Shown here: positions 40,208-51,197 of the stretch, piece after piece
Position numbering within the stretch: the stretch's first letter is position 1
Layout of the letters: every line of letters begins with the position of its first letter
Source of the DNA: an uncultured Desulfovibrio sp.
Lineage (GTDB): Bacteria > Desulfobacterota > Desulfovibrionia > Desulfovibrionales > Desulfovibrionaceae
Direction of reading: 5' to 3'
Length of the DNA stretch: 64,000 nt
Assembly: GCA_910587035.1 (NCBI GenBank)
Contig: CAJUMQ010000012.1
Span: forward strand, 3,184 to 67,183
The notes under the pieces: generated by a model
Told to the model about the DNA's origin: nothing
Databases searched by the model: none
The model's input: the letters and a program-made list of their open reading frames with translations, nothing else
Made by a program: the position numbers and the translations under genes

Positions 40208-41024
40208 TTTGGCAAGGGAATTTGCCGTGATGCCGCAGGCCTTGCAATCGGCGATGGATGCTTCAAGCAGCCATACGGTTGTTCTGGCCAGAATAGTCCG
40301 CGGCATGAGCAGCGAAAGCTGGCAGGAAGCCAGCGCCATCTATGATCTCGATCAATGGCAGGTTTTTCCCGTGCCACTGGATGGTGTCCAGGATGTGGAA
40401 GCTCTTGCCTCCCCAACCGGGGATGCTCCGGCAATTTCTCCTTTTCGGGAAGTCAGGGGCGCGCTGACCCGCAACATGTTTTTAAACCTGCTCAAACGCG
40501 AGCTGATACGGCTTGCGCGCAATGGCGGCTGCATGAGTCTTGTATGCGCCGGCATTGCCGAGAGACGCAGGCTGTCAACCGCCCTTGGCGAAGGCACTGT
40601 GGCGCGCCTTGAGGGGATTATGGGTTCCATCCTGCTTTCCCAGCTTGAGGGCTGCGACAGTCTTGGCATGCTGCGTCAGGGCCAATTTGTGTGTTCTCTG
40701 CCTGGCCTGGGCCAGCTGGCCGCCAGGAGCTTTGCGGAAAAAGCCCAAAAGGCCTTTATAGGCGCAGCATCGCCCTTTTTCCCCACCGGTGGAATAAGCG
40801 CCGGTTCCGGAGCCACCTGCGCCCTTGGCATAGTCAATATCATGCAGGGTGACAGCGGCAGCGCCCGCGAGCTTCTCAATCGCGCAAAAACGGTTCTCGA
40901 AGTCGCCCTGAGCAAGGAAGAAGGGCATATTCATCAGGAAACATCCATTGCGCCCCTGGAAAACACAACCCTTGTGCAATCCAGCGAAAAACGTTTTCTC
41001 TTTTTCGGGGGAGATCCATCATGA
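40182..41024 (+). CDS. Degenerate GGDEF-like domain protein
   Basis: 'GALTR..F...L.REL.R..R', 'D.LG.LRQGQF...LPG' where R.GGDEF is expected. Confidence 0.6.
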   Translation: MSKNEGQNSLAREFAVMPQALQSAMDASSSHTVVLARIVRGMSSESWQEASAIYDLDQWQVFPVPLDGVQDVEALASPTGDAPAISPFREVRGALTRNMFLNLLKRELIRLARNGGCMSLVCAGIAERRRLSTALGEGTVARLEGIMGSILLSQLEGCDSLGMLRQGQFVCSLPGLGQLAARSFAEKAQKAFIGAASPFFPTGGISAGSGATCALGIVNIMQGDSGSARELLNRAKTVLEVALSKEEGHIHQETSIAPLENTTLVQSSEKRFLFFGGDPS

Positions 41025-41833
41025 ACTCGACCATGAGCGTTGCCGTAATGAGCGGCAAAGGCGGCGTGGGCAAAACAAACCTTACACTCAATCTGGCCTT
41101 TGCCCTGTTTCAAAAAAGTTTCAAGTCCCTGCTCATAGATTGTGACATGGGGCTGGCAAATCTGGATGTGCTGCTCGGCATAACCCCTGAAGGCAACCTT
41201 CAGGATGTGCTGCTCGGTGAGGCCAAAATTGAATCCGTTCTTCACGCCATTGAAGAAGGGGGTCTGGATGTATTGCCGGCCGCATCTGGAGTTCCGGAAT
41301 TGAATGATCTCAACCCGGACAGGCGGGAGCTGCTGCTCAACCGCCTCTCCCCGCTGCTGAACAAGTATGATTTTGTCTTTATGGATATTGGGGCCGGCAT
41401 ATCCGATACTGTGCAGACATTTTCGTCCATGGCTGCCATGCGGCTTGTTGTCATTACGCCGGAACCTACGTCCCTCACAGACAGCTACGCGCTGATAAAG
41501 GTACTCAACAGGCGCTTTGGGCTCACTGATTTCAGAATCGTGGTCAATGAGGCAACTTCGTCAAAAGAAGCTCAGGGCGCCTACGACAAGCTGGCCGGAG
41601 CCTGCCGCCATTTTCTCAAGGTCGATCTTCAGTTGCTGGGCCATGTGCGCATGGATAAAAAAATTCCAGAGGCTGTGTGTAAACAGAAACCGCTTATGAC
41701 CTATGCGCCTGGTTCTCCAGCTGCCCAGGATATACAGGCTCTTGCCCAGAGATTGCAGAATGTGCGTCTTAATATGCTGGACTGGCTCAATGAGCACGAT
41801 ATTCTCAATGTTTTGCCCAACAGGGAGGAATAA
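41021..41833 (+). CDS. MinD/ParA family ATPase (FlhG/FleN-like)
   Basis: SGKGGVGKTN, D.D.GLANLD..LG, D.GAGI, TPEPTSLTD.YA.IK. Confidence 0.9.
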   Translation: MNSTMSVAVMSGKGGVGKTNLTLNLAFALFQKSFKSLLIDCDMGLANLDVLLGITPEGNLQDVLLGEAKIESVLHAIEEGGLDVLPAASGVPELNDLNPDRRELLLNRLSPLLNKYDFVFMDIGAGISDTVQTFSSMAAMRLVVITPEPTSLTDSYALIKVLNRRFGLTDFRIVVNEATSSKEAQGAYDKLAGACRHFLKVDLQLLGHVRMDKKIPEAVCKQKPLMTYAPGSPAAQDIQALAQRLQNVRLNMLDWLNEHDILNVLPNREE

Positions 41834-42148
41834 AGCACCATATTTTCAGACTGAGCCGATTTGAACAATTACCATTTGCAATCAATGCAAGCCAGCGGCC
41901 ATGCCCCCTGCACGAGCATGGAAAGGATGCGTCCAGGACATATGTGGACGTGAAACGGATTTTTCTGGCCACAGTTGTGGCTATGCATGCAGATACGCCC
42001 ATGATATTAACTCAAGGCCGGTATGCCTGGGCCACTGGCCGCAATTTCATGCGTGTATTGCAGTAATTACCGGAATTGGTAATCGGATTTCCCTTTTTAA
42101 ATGTCAAACCAATTCCTCCATAAGCCGGACACTATTTCTGGAGGTAAT

Positions 42149-42424
42149 ATGAACAAGAGCGAGCTTATCAAGTCTCTCGCTGATGAAGCGCACATAGCGA
42201 TGGACGATGCCATATGTATTGTAAATATCTTTTTTGATTCGATGAAAAAATCACTTGCAGATGGCGACCGCGTGGAAATACGCGGTTTTGGCAGTTTTAA
42301 AATCAAGGAATATGAAAGCTATTCCGGCCGTAACCCAAAAACTGGCCAAAAGGTAACCGTCATTCCCAAAAGGCTGCCTTTTTTCAGGGCCGGCAAGGAG
42401 CTTAAGGAATATATCAATAATTAA
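42149..42424 (+). CDS. ihfB: Integration host factor beta / HU family DNA-binding protein
   Basis: MNKSELI, RVEIRGFGSF, GRNPKTG, PFFRAGKELKE; GGAGG RBS. Confidence 0.85.
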   Translation: MNKSELIKSLADEAHIAMDDAICIVNIFFDSMKKSLADGDRVEIRGFGSFKIKEYESYSGRNPKTGQKVTVIPKRLPFFRAGKELKEYINN

Positions 42425-42584
42425 TACCACTTGCTTTTATAAAAGGAAAACGCCTGCAAGGATTTGCCAGATGTAAATCCTTGCGCGAATTTGGCCCATG
42501 GCGGACTGCGTTGACCGCTGGGATGATTTCAAAGATGCCATATGGGTAACCCCATTCCGCGTGACATTTCCCAAGGAGGGATAC

Positions 42585-43469
42585 ATGATTTTTTCCGGAG
42601 CCATGACAGCCCTGGTTACGCCTTTCAGGAACAATGCCATTGATGAGGAAGCCTACAGGGCTTTTATTGAATGGCAGATATCAGAAGGTATACATGGACT
42701 GGTGCCATGCGGCACAACAGGGGAATCCGCTACCTTGAGCCATGCGGAACATGAAAGGGTTATTGAAATATGCATAGAGCAGGCGGCTGGTCGCGTTCCT
42801 GTTCTGGCCGGGTCAGGCTCCAACAATACATCTGAGGCCATAGCCCTGACAAAATTTGCCCAAAAGGCGGGGGCGGACGGGGCTCTCCTGATTACTCCCT
42901 ACTACAACAAGCCAACACAGGATGGGCTCTATTATCATTACAAGGCTGTGGCCGAAGCTGTGGATATGCCTCTTGTGCCCTACAATGTGCCTGGCAGAAC
43001 CGGATGCAACATGCTCCCCCCTGTGGTGGCCAGGCTTGCGGCAGAGTTTCCGCATATATCGGGCATCAAGGAGGCCACAGGAGACATGACACAGGCGAGC
43101 GAGCTTCTGGAATCCTGCCCACCCCGCTTTTCCGTGCTCAGCGGCGATGACCTTACAGCCTATCCTCTGCTGGCCCTGGGCGGCAGAGGAGTGATATCCG
43201 TCACCTCAAATATCGCGCCGCGTCGTGTAGCGGACATGTGCAATGCCCACGCCAGCGGCGATGCCAAAAAGGCGCACGAGATACATCATAATCTTTTCCC
43301 GCTGCACAGGGCCATGTTCATGGTGTCCAATCCCATTCCCGTAAAAACTGCACTGGCAATGATGGGTAAAATGAGCGACGAGATGCGTTTGCCCCTCTGC
43401 CCCATGCCTGATGATAAAAAAGAGAAGCTCGCGGCCATTCTCGAAAAGTATGAATTGCTTGCGAAATAG
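42585..43469 (+). CDS. dapA: 4-hydroxy-tetrahydrodipicolinate synthase
   Basis: ALVTPF, GTTGESATL, PYYNKP, YNVPGRT, GIKEA, SGDD, NPIPVK. Confidence 0.97.
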   Translation: MIFSGAMTALVTPFRNNAIDEEAYRAFIEWQISEGIHGLVPCGTTGESATLSHAEHERVIEICIEQAAGRVPVLAGSGSNNTSEAIALTKFAQKAGADGALLITPYYNKPTQDGLYYHYKAVAEAVDMPLVPYNVPGRTGCNMLPPVVARLAAEFPHISGIKEATGDMTQASELLESCPPRFSVLSGDDLTAYPLLALGGRGVISVTSNIAPRRVADMCNAHASGDAKKAHEIHHNLFPLHRAMFMVSNPIPVKTALAMMGKMSDEMRLPLCPMPDDKKEKLAAILEKYELLAK

Positions 43470-43480
43470 CACCAAGGCGG

Positions 43481-43516
43481 AAAAGGGGGATGGCATCGCA
43501 TGCTTTCCCCCTTTTT
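43481..43516 (+). terminator. Intrinsic terminator after dapA
   Basis: aaaaggggga-tggcatcgcatgctt-tccccctttt. Confidence 0.6.
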
Positions 43517-43676
43517 CTGATATTTTTATCCAGTAAATGCCATATTTAACAAGCGGCTAAGGCCTTCCACCCAAGAATTGTGCCCCATGCCCAAGCAGTC
43601 TTACGAAAATCATACACCAGAAAGGCAATCTTATACCGGATGGCCGCTTCCATACCAGGAAGGCTGAAATATTAAA

Positions 43677-46655
43677 ATGTCCAAAGCCGTAAATGCGAAA
43701 AATCCCGGAGCAGGCGAGAAATATTTCAATCTTGCCGATTTTCACTGGCTGGTCTCGCTTGTACGCAGACTGCGTCCGGATTTGTGCAAGCTGTTCAAGA
43801 CATCTGATGAAATAAATCTTGAATTCGCCCGCTGGCTTATAACTTCTGGCATCCGTGAATATGCCAGTCTGCTGGACAAGGGCAATTTGCGTCAGGTTCT
43901 GGGTAAATTCATAAAATTTTTTGGCATGACCGCCCTTGAGGCCATTGTCTATAATGACAGGGCGGACATTAAAAAAGCCTTTCCATTGCCTGATGGACTT
44001 GTTAAATACAGGCTGTGGTTTTATACCCATGGCGTGGACCAATATGGCCTTTTTCCATTGCTGGATGAAAATGCCAGGCAAAAATATCTTGCAGCCCATC
44101 CGGATAAAAAGATGGAGCAGCCGGAAAAAGATAAAGTTGAATCTCCGCCATTCGGGGTGAACCTGGTGGGACATGCATATGGACAACTGGGCATAGGCGA
44201 AGATTTGCGAATGACTGCCAGAGCGCTGAAATTGGCAGGCATTCCCTTTACGGTGATTGATTTTCCGCCAGGCCCGGAAGTGCCACAGAATGACCGGAGC
44301 ATGGAAAAATACGCAGGCACAGAGGCCATATACAGCATAAATCTCTTTTGCATGGCTGCCAGGGAAACCATGCTTTTTTATGCCGAAAAGGGGCAATCCT
44401 TTTTTGATGGCCGCTATAATATAGGCTACTGGCCCTGGGAGCTGGCAAACTGGCCCGAAGAATGGCTGGACGCCACAAGAATTGTGGATGAGGTCTGGGT
44501 CTCCACCAGGCATATCTACGATGCCCTTGCGCCAGTAAGCCCCGTACCTGTGCTGATCATGCCCCTGGCAGTGGAAACAGCCGGTATTGCCCCCAAAAAC
44601 AGGGCCTCCTTTTCATTGCCGGCAGATGCCTATCTTTTCTGTTTTTCCTTTGATCTCAACTCCTCCATTTACCGCAAAAATCCCCAGGCCTGCCTTAAGG
44701 CTTTTCAAAAAGCCTTTCCCGTAGGGGATGCGACAGAGCGGCCTGTGGGGCTGGTCATAAAATGTCATAGGCCGGCAGTTCAAAATGCGGATTGGGAGGC
44801 TTTGAAAAATGCTGCACAGGCAGACAGCCGCATTCATATAATTGAGGAGACTTTGCCAAGGGATGCTCTGCTGGCATTATATAAAAATTGCGACTGCTTT
44901 CTTTCCCTGCATCGGGCCGAAGGTTTCGGGCGCGGCATTGCCGAAGCCATACTTCTGGGGCTGGATGTCATTGCCACTGGCTACTCGGGCAATCTTGATT
45001 ATTGCCGGGACACTCCAGGTGTGAAACTTGTGCGCCATACACTGGTGCCTGTGAAAAAAGGCCAGTATCCCCATGGAGCAGGGCAGGTGTGGGCAGAAGC
45101 GGACATTAATCACGCGGCGGACATCATGCGTCAATGCATAGCTGGAAAATCCGGAGGCAGGCAAACCCCGGACTTTTGCTTTACATTGCAAAATGCCTCA
45201 AAAAATTATCAGCGCAGACTGCGCCATATCCAGGCTATGCTGGAATCTGACAAAAACGCGGAGAAATTTATGCCTGGGGAGACACCTGCAGCTGCATCCG
45301 GACAGTCTGCTGGCAAGATTACGCCTGCAAATGAACAGGATTACATGCCGGCGCGAGCCTGTATTGACTACGCAGTGCGCTGGCCGGATTCGCAATTTGG
45401 CTGGCCAGTGCTGTTTGCCGGCTGGGCAGCCATGCCGGATGGTTATGACCTCGGCGCCGGCACACCTGATGGTAGTTTTATTGGGCAAGTTTCTCCATGC
45501 AGCTTTACGCGTACAGATATAGATGCATCATATGACATCTATATTAATAAATCAGGCAACTCCCATGGCTTTGTGGCTGTTCTGGATAATTTGCCGGCCA
45601 ATGCAGGCACCCTGGCCCTGTTTGCCGGCCATGACAGGCAATGGACATTGACTGTCAAGAAGGAGATTTCCAACCTTTATGGCTTTCGGGACTGGCTCCG
45701 CGCCCTGTTTGATATTCCCATAGGTTCCACCGAGCTTGCTCAGGTGTATGAAAAAATTTATCTGCCTCTTTTGCAGCCAGTGACAAGGGCCAGATCTGCC
45801 GCCATTGCCGCGGCTGTCCATGAGCAAGGTAATTTTGGCAAAGTGAGGCCAGATCCCCTTGTATCTGTTGTCATACCTCTTTATGGCAATGTGGAGATGC
45901 TGGAGGCGCAAATTAAATGCCTGGCTGCTGATCCTGCCTGTCATTCCTCTGCGGAAATCATATATGTTGTGGATGATCCAAGCATATTTGATGCATTTAG
46001 GCGTTCAGCGGCGGCCTTTTCGGAAAAATACGGCCTGCCAATGCGCTGGGTGCGCTGGAGCGGCTCCCAGGGATTCTCAGGAGCCTGCAATCTGGGGGCG
46101 GCCTTTGCAAAGGGCCAAACACTTGTATTTATGAACAGTGACGTCTTTCCTGTCAAAACTGGCTGGATTGGTAAATTTGATACTTTCCTGAGGGAAAATC
46201 CTGATGTTGGCATAGCCGGTTGCCGTCTGCTTTATCCTGATGGCACAATTCAGCATTGTGGAACCGCCATGACTTACGATGATGCCATGCGCATCTGGTT
46301 ATGCGTGCATCCGCATGAAAAGGAAAAACTGCCTGAATGCCAGACAGAAGAGATTGTGCCGGCTGTCACTGGAGCATGCATTGCAATGCGCAGCAAGGAT
46401 TTTCGAGCTGCAGGCGGTTTTTGCACCGATTACCTCATTGGCGGGTATGAGGATATCGATCTATGCCTGAATTTTGGCACAAAGGGATTAAAGTCAGCCT
46501 GTCTCAATAATATCTGCATGACGCATATTGGCCATCAGACATTTGCAGCCATGGATGCCAATGAATGGATGAGACGGCTGGCAGTCTACAATGCGGTTGT
46601 GTTCACAACCAGATGGGGAAATCTTTTGCGGGAAAAAGCAAATGCCGGCCAATGA
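43677..46655 (+). CDS. Bifunctional glycosyltransferase (GT4-like + GT2 domains)
   Basis: GT-B: 'YWPWEL','RKNP','SLHRAEGFGR.IAEA..LG'; GT-A: 'VSVVIP.YG','GFS.ACN.G','MNSD','AVTGAC','EDID.C'. Confidence 0.88.
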   Translation: MSKAVNAKNPGAGEKYFNLADFHWLVSLVRRLRPDLCKLFKTSDEINLEFARWLITSGIREYASLLDKGNLRQVLGKFIKFFGMTALEAIVYNDRADIKKAFPLPDGLVKYRLWFYTHGVDQYGLFPLLDENARQKYLAAHPDKKMEQPEKDKVESPPFGVNLVGHAYGQLGIGEDLRMTARALKLAGIPFTVIDFPPGPEVPQNDRSMEKYAGTEAIYSINLFCMAARETMLFYAEKGQSFFDGRYNIGYWPWELANWPEEWLDATRIVDEVWVSTRHIYDALAPVSPVPVLIMPLAVETAGIAPKNRASFSLPADAYLFCFSFDLNSSIYRKNPQACLKAFQKAFPVGDATERPVGLVIKCHRPAVQNADWEALKNAAQADSRIHIIEETLPRDALLALYKNCDCFLSLHRAEGFGRGIAEAILLGLDVIATGYSGNLDYCRDTPGVKLVRHTLVPVKKGQYPHGAGQVWAEADINHAADIMRQCIAGKSGGRQTPDFCFTLQNASKNYQRRLRHIQAMLESDKNAEKFMPGETPAAASGQSAGKITPANEQDYMPARACIDYAVRWPDSQFGWPVLFAGWAAMPDGYDLGAGTPDGSFIGQVSPCSFTRTDIDASYDIYINKSGNSHGFVAVLDNLPANAGTLALFAGHDRQWTLTVKKEISNLYGFRDWLRALFDIPIGSTELAQVYEKIYLPLLQPVTRARSAAIAAAVHEQGNFGKVRPDPLVSVVIPLYGNVEMLEAQIKCLAADPACHSSAEIIYVVDDPSIFDAFRRSAAAFSEKYGLPMRWVRWSGSQGFSGACNLGAAFAKGQTLVFMNSDVFPVKTGWIGKFDTFLRENPDVGIAGCRLLYPDGTIQHCGTAMTYDDAMRIWLCVHPHEKEKLPECQTEEIVPAVTGACIAMRSKDFRAAGGFCTDYLIGGYEDIDLCLNFGTKGLKSACLNNICMTHIGHQTFAAMDANEWMRRLAVYNAVVFTTRWGNLLREKANAGQ

Positions 46656-49317
46656 TACCCCCAATAAACCGCCTGTGGCGCCATCTGCCAACACTCTTGT
46701 CAGGGGCAAGTTCGATCTCACACGCGGCGATCTCATCCATGGCTGGATCATAGGGTCTGGCATCGATATCCGTCCGCTTGTCTATGTCAATAACGAGCCT
46801 GCTGTTCTGGTGGATCCAAATATTTTCAGACCAGATGTCTGCAATCATTTTGGAATAAAATCGCCGTATAATATCGGATTTGCCTGTCGTCTGCCGGCAG
46901 TGGCAACAGATGCCATTCTCACCCTGTATGGAGTTACCCCTCAAGGCGTTCAGCTTGTTGATATAAAAAAGCTGTCCCATCCAGTGGGTGAAAAAAGCCT
47001 CATCGCCCAGGTTGCCAAAGCGGCCAGGATTGCCGCCCAGGAAAAGGCCGTATGCATCACCTGCTGGGATGGCTCGGGAAATGCCATATGCCGCGCAAAG
47101 GAACTTTATGATACGGTTGCCATACACAGGCCTGTGGTGCTGATCTGTTATACTCATGAAGAGTCTGGCGATCAGATCTGGCCACCTCTTCAAAGGTGGG
47201 GCGGCAACCTGATTGCCATACCCTGGTCTCAACGGCACATGGGCCACAAACTTCTGCGCCAGTATGGCCTGAATTTTGACACTGTCTGGATCTGCAAGCC
47301 GCGTCTTCCATCCTTCATGCTGGCCAGGGCCGTATCCCATGAGCATACCCGCCAAATTCTGGACAGGGATGATGAAGATATAACCTTTGCAGGAAGCCAG
47401 GAAGCGCTCCACACCGCTTATGGGGCCGCTGGCCAATCCCTGGCAAGGTTCTTGAGCAGCCAGGTAAGGGCCATCACTGTCAGCAGCAATTATTTACAGC
47501 AGACATGCGGGGGCCAGCTGGTGCGGCATGTGCGCACACCCATGAAGTCGCTGCAGCCGGATGGCAATGCTGTCTTCAATATCGGTTTCATTGGCACAGC
47601 AAAAGCCACCAAAAATCTGGCGGCACTGGCCAGGATTTTACGGCTGCTGGCTGCCGATGGACACAAAATGCAGCTGCACATATTTGGAACTGTAGAGCCG
47701 GACCAGAAGGAAGCGCTGGAAAAGGCCGGCGCAATTCTGCATGGAATGATCCCATTTGTATCCCTAGAGGGGACCCTTGCCAGTCTGCATGCGCTGGTGT
47801 GCGGATTTTCCCCGGCAGCCCGTGATAAAACAGGTTTGGGAGATGGCCAGTATCATGTACCTCCATTAATATCCGATGCTCTGGCTTGCGGCAAACCTGT
47901 GCTTGTACCGCTCTCAGCAGCGGTTAACGAGTTGCAAAATCTGCCAGGTGTGCATGTATTTGATGAAAACAATCTTCATGAAAAATTAAAGTCCGCCCTT
48001 GAGGAAAAAATCGCCATAAGTCTGCCGCCTGATTTCACGCCGCAAGGGGCATTTGAACAATTCGCAAAAGCTGAGAGCCTGGCGGAAAATACAAGCCTGC
48101 CCCTTTCTGTGCCTGGACTGGATGACACTTTTCCGCAGGGGCCAGCAGTGGTGCTACTCTGGAAACAGCCGGACAGTGCCATGTATGGGCGTCGGGTGGA
48201 TCAGATTGCCAGGAGCTGCAAGCAAAAATATCCTAACCATCGAGTGTATGTACTGGAATTTTACGATGAATTGCCGGAAATTCAGGCGGTTGCCGAACTC
48301 CACAAAGAGAACGTGATTCTCCCCGGGCCGGATCCATTCATGTCTGGCGAAGACTTTCATGATGAAAATAATATCAGAAAAGTGCTCATAGCCAGAAAAA
48401 AGCATGGACTGCAGATGGATGGAATTTACCATAAAACCATTGGCCATCATTCCATTGCGCATCTGCGCGAATCTCTAACCGAATTTCTGGTCCACGAAAA
48501 TTTGACGGCAAACAACACTCTTTTTGTTTTGTTCCCCGTAATCAATCTTCTGGAGGAGGTGGAGGATATTTTGCGCCCATATGCGCGCATTGCAGATGTT
48601 GTGGATAATGAACTGGGCTGGGCTAAAGACAATCCGCGCCGGGCCAGATTGATGGACCAATATTACAGGGTAATGCGCGGCGCGAGGCATATTGTGTTCA
48701 ACTCGCACCAAAACCGGGATTTTTTTGCCAAACTCAAATTTTTGGATCTTGCGCGCGCCAGCGTGATAGCCAACTGGTATGAACTCCCATCAGGGGTAAG
48801 TCCTAAAATCTCACCCCTTGCTGGCAAGGTAAGGCATATTTTCTATTCCGGCAACATGAATGACCGTATTGACTGGAATCTGATGCATAAAATCGTGGAT
48901 CTGCCTGATGTCTGTCTGCATCTGGCGGGCACCTGCCAGAGAGAAATAAACAAGCTGGATGCCCTTATCGAGGCCGGAGCCATTTATCATGGCGTCACAG
49001 GCGAGAGGGAGACACTTGCCATGCTGGAATACATGGATGCGGCGATAATAGCCCATGTACTCGATGATCTTTCCCGGTTTATGAATCCCATAAAAGCTGG
49101 CATGTACCGCGCATGTGGAGTTCCTGTCATCTGCCCGGCAAACATAAATCTGGACCAGGATGGCATCATGCTCTATGAAACTCCAGGTCAATGTCTAGCC
49201 ATAATTAAAAATTTACCCAAAAGGAAAAATTGTCCGGCTCCACTTTCATCCTCCACACAGGCAGAAGACTACTGCCAGCTGATCGCCAGATTTCATCCGG
49301 TCAATGTGACCTCATAG
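46642..49317 (+). CDS. Large multi-domain glycosyltransferase-like protein (two GT-B-like regions)
   Basis: 'IGFIGT','P.LISDALACGKPV', second region 'YSGNMN.RIDW','NPIK..MY.ACGVPV'; overlaps upstream GT stop. Confidence 0.7.
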   Translation: MPANDTPNKPPVAPSANTLVRGKFDLTRGDLIHGWIIGSGIDIRPLVYVNNEPAVLVDPNIFRPDVCNHFGIKSPYNIGFACRLPAVATDAILTLYGVTPQGVQLVDIKKLSHPVGEKSLIAQVAKAARIAAQEKAVCITCWDGSGNAICRAKELYDTVAIHRPVVLICYTHEESGDQIWPPLQRWGGNLIAIPWSQRHMGHKLLRQYGLNFDTVWICKPRLPSFMLARAVSHEHTRQILDRDDEDITFAGSQEALHTAYGAAGQSLARFLSSQVRAITVSSNYLQQTCGGQLVRHVRTPMKSLQPDGNAVFNIGFIGTAKATKNLAALARILRLLAADGHKMQLHIFGTVEPDQKEALEKAGAILHGMIPFVSLEGTLASLHALVCGFSPAARDKTGLGDGQYHVPPLISDALACGKPVLVPLSAAVNELQNLPGVHVFDENNLHEKLKSALEEKIAISLPPDFTPQGAFEQFAKAESLAENTSLPLSVPGLDDTFPQGPAVVLLWKQPDSAMYGRRVDQIARSCKQKYPNHRVYVLEFYDELPEIQAVAELHKENVILPGPDPFMSGEDFHDENNIRKVLIARKKHGLQMDGIYHKTIGHHSIAHLRESLTEFLVHENLTANNTLFVLFPVINLLEEVEDILRPYARIADVVDNELGWAKDNPRRARLMDQYYRVMRGARHIVFNSHQNRDFFAKLKFLDLARASVIANWYELPSGVSPKISPLAGKVRHIFYSGNMNDRIDWNLMHKIVDLPDVCLHLAGTCQREINKLDALIEAGAIYHGVTGERETLAMLEYMDAAIIAHVLDDLSRFMNPIKAGMYRACGVPVICPANINLDQDGIMLYETPGQCLAIIKNLPKRKNCPAPLSSSTQAEDYCQLIARFHPVNVTS

Positions 49318-49511
49318 CTTTGAAATTATCCCTGACCGCACATGGTTCGCCCAGTGACAATTTTTCTGAACCAATTTCATGGGGTACAGCAGATATTCCA
49401 GGTTGATTTGCCTCTCCTGATCCATGCCGAAAGCAGGATGGCCGAAATTATGGATGACAAAAGCACCTGGCAAATAATTCAGCAGGCAGGCAGAATCATT
49501 TGGCATGAGTT

Positions 49512-50627
49512 CTAGTCAAGGCCCATGGCTTTGCCTATTTTTTTGGCGGCATCCTTGATTTTTGCAAAAGTGCCGGTATCCGCCGCTGCTTCAAATTCGC
49601 GCAGCAGTTCCTCCTGCCTTTCTGTCAAACCGGTGGGTGTAAGAACCTTGACAGCTACAATCATGTCGCCACGATTTTTTCTGCCGGGAAAATTCATGCC
49701 TTCGCCCGGGATGCGCAACAGGGCGCCGCTTTGCACTCCCTTGGGAATTTCCATTGTCAGAGGGCCATTCAAGCCGGGGATTTCCACCCTGTGGCCAAGA
49801 GCGGCCTGCACCATGCTGATCTCCTGATTAAAGATCAGATCGGCGCCATTGCGCTGCCAGCGGTTATCCGGCTCTACGGAGAGAACCACATAGAGATCGC
49901 CGGCAGGACCGCCATGGGTGCCAGGCTCCCCCTCATTACGGATGCGCAGACGGGTGCCATTATCCACTCCGGCCGGGATTTTGACCATGATCTCCCTTTT
50001 GTCTGCCACAATACCCTCGCCACGGCAGCGGGGGCAGGGCCGGAGAATGGTCTGGCCGGCGCCGTGACAGGCGGGGCAGGGCATGGCAATCTGAAAGAAA
50101 CCCTGGTTGCGCCGCACCTGGCCTGTGCCATGACAATGACGGCAGGCCTCGGTCTTGCCATCAAGAGAACCGCTGCCCTTGCAGTCAGGACAGCTTACAT
50201 GTTTTGGCAGGGTAAGATTGATTTCCGCGCCATGGGCAGCCTGGGCGAATGTAATTGTCAGGTCATAACGCAGATCAGCTCCGGCTTCAGGCCTGGGGCC
50301 GCCGCCAGCGGAGGCGGAAAAACCAAAAAGGTCGCCAAAGATGTCGCTGAAATGGGCAAAAATATCTTCTGTGCTGCCAAATCCGCCAGCGCCGGGGCCA
50401 GAATTTACGCCAGCATGGCCAAAGCGGTCATAACGCGCCCTTTTCCCCGGGTCGCGTAAAACCTCATAGGCTTCCGCCGCTTCCTTGAACTTCAGCTCAG
50501 CTTCGGCATCGCCAGGATTGCGATCGGGATGATATTTCATGGCAAGCTTGCGATAGGCCTGCTTTATTTCCCCTTCACCGGCGGAGCGGCTAACATTAAG
50601 GATTTCGTAATAATCGCGTTCTGTCAT
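49512..50627 (-). CDS. dnaJ: Chaperone DnaJ
   Basis: J domain with HPD, G/F region, four CxxCxGxG repeats. Confidence 0.98.
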   Translation of the reverse strand: MTERDYYEILNVSRSAGEGEIKQAYRKLAMKYHPDRNPGDAEAELKFKEAAEAYEVLRDPGKRARYDRFGHAGVNSGPGAGGFGSTEDIFAHFSDIFGDLFGFSASAGGGPRPEAGADLRYDLTITFAQAAHGAEINLTLPKHVSCPDCKGSGSLDGKTEACRHCHGTGQVRRNQGFFQIAMPCPACHGAGQTILRPCPRCRGEGIVADKREIMVKIPAGVDNGTRLRIRNEGEPGTHGGPAGDLYVVLSVEPDNRWQRNGADLIFNQEISMVQAALGHRVEIPGLNGPLTMEIPKGVQSGALLRIPGEGMNFPGRKNRGDMIVAVKVLTPTGLTERQEELLREFEAAADTGTFAKIKDAAKKIGKAMGLD

Positions 50628-50833
50628 TTCCAGTTTTGGTTATTGTTGATTAATTTGGGCGCAAAAATACCGGCATGTCAGACAGCCGGCAGGCAGGAAC
50701 AAACTGCCGCGACATATGACGTCAATATGCAAATTTCCAGCCAATGTTATAAGGCGGATTTTTGGGGAGGCAAGCCTTGGAGCATTGCGGGTTTAATATT
50801 TTGCAATTTGCATAATAAATAATGCAATGACTT

Positions 50834-51079
50834 CTAATCTTCCTCTGGATTGCGCTCGGCGACGGAATTTTCTGGCAATGGTTTAAACAGGGCCGGATCA
50901 TCTGGCAGTATCTTGCCGGCGGCGATCTCACGCAGGGCGGTCACAACCTCCTTATTGCGGCTGTCCAGCAGCGGCTCATAACCCTCCCTGTATTGGCGCA
51001 CCCTCTTGATGGCCATTTGCACAAGCAAAAAACGGTTGTCAACCCTTTCCTGACAATCCTCAACTGTTATTCTGGCCAT
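50834..51079 (-). CDS. rpoZ: RNA polymerase omega subunit
   Basis: [24 protein letters not shown]. Confidence 0.96.
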   Translation of the reverse strand: MARITVEDCQERVDNRFLLVQMAIKRVRQYREGYEPLLDSRNKEVVTALREIAAGKILPDDPALFKPLPENSVAERNPEED

Positions 51080-51168
51080 AATATCACTCCCTGTATGCGG
51101 GACATCTGAATGATGCCGGACTCCTGGATGTAAAGGAAAAGTTGGTGTGTTTACAAAAATAGCTAAAA

Positions 51169-51197
51169 AAAATATATAATCCTGTCCTGTTAGTCAA
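51169..51197 (-). promoter_or_regulatory. Possible sigma70 promoter for rpoZ-dnaJ
   Basis: Minus strand TTGACT-N17-TATTTT. Confidence 0.4.

Noticed and set aside
49312..49506. 64-aa ORF directly downstream of dnaJ
   Set aside because: No recognisable motif or RBS; cannot be supported as a gene.
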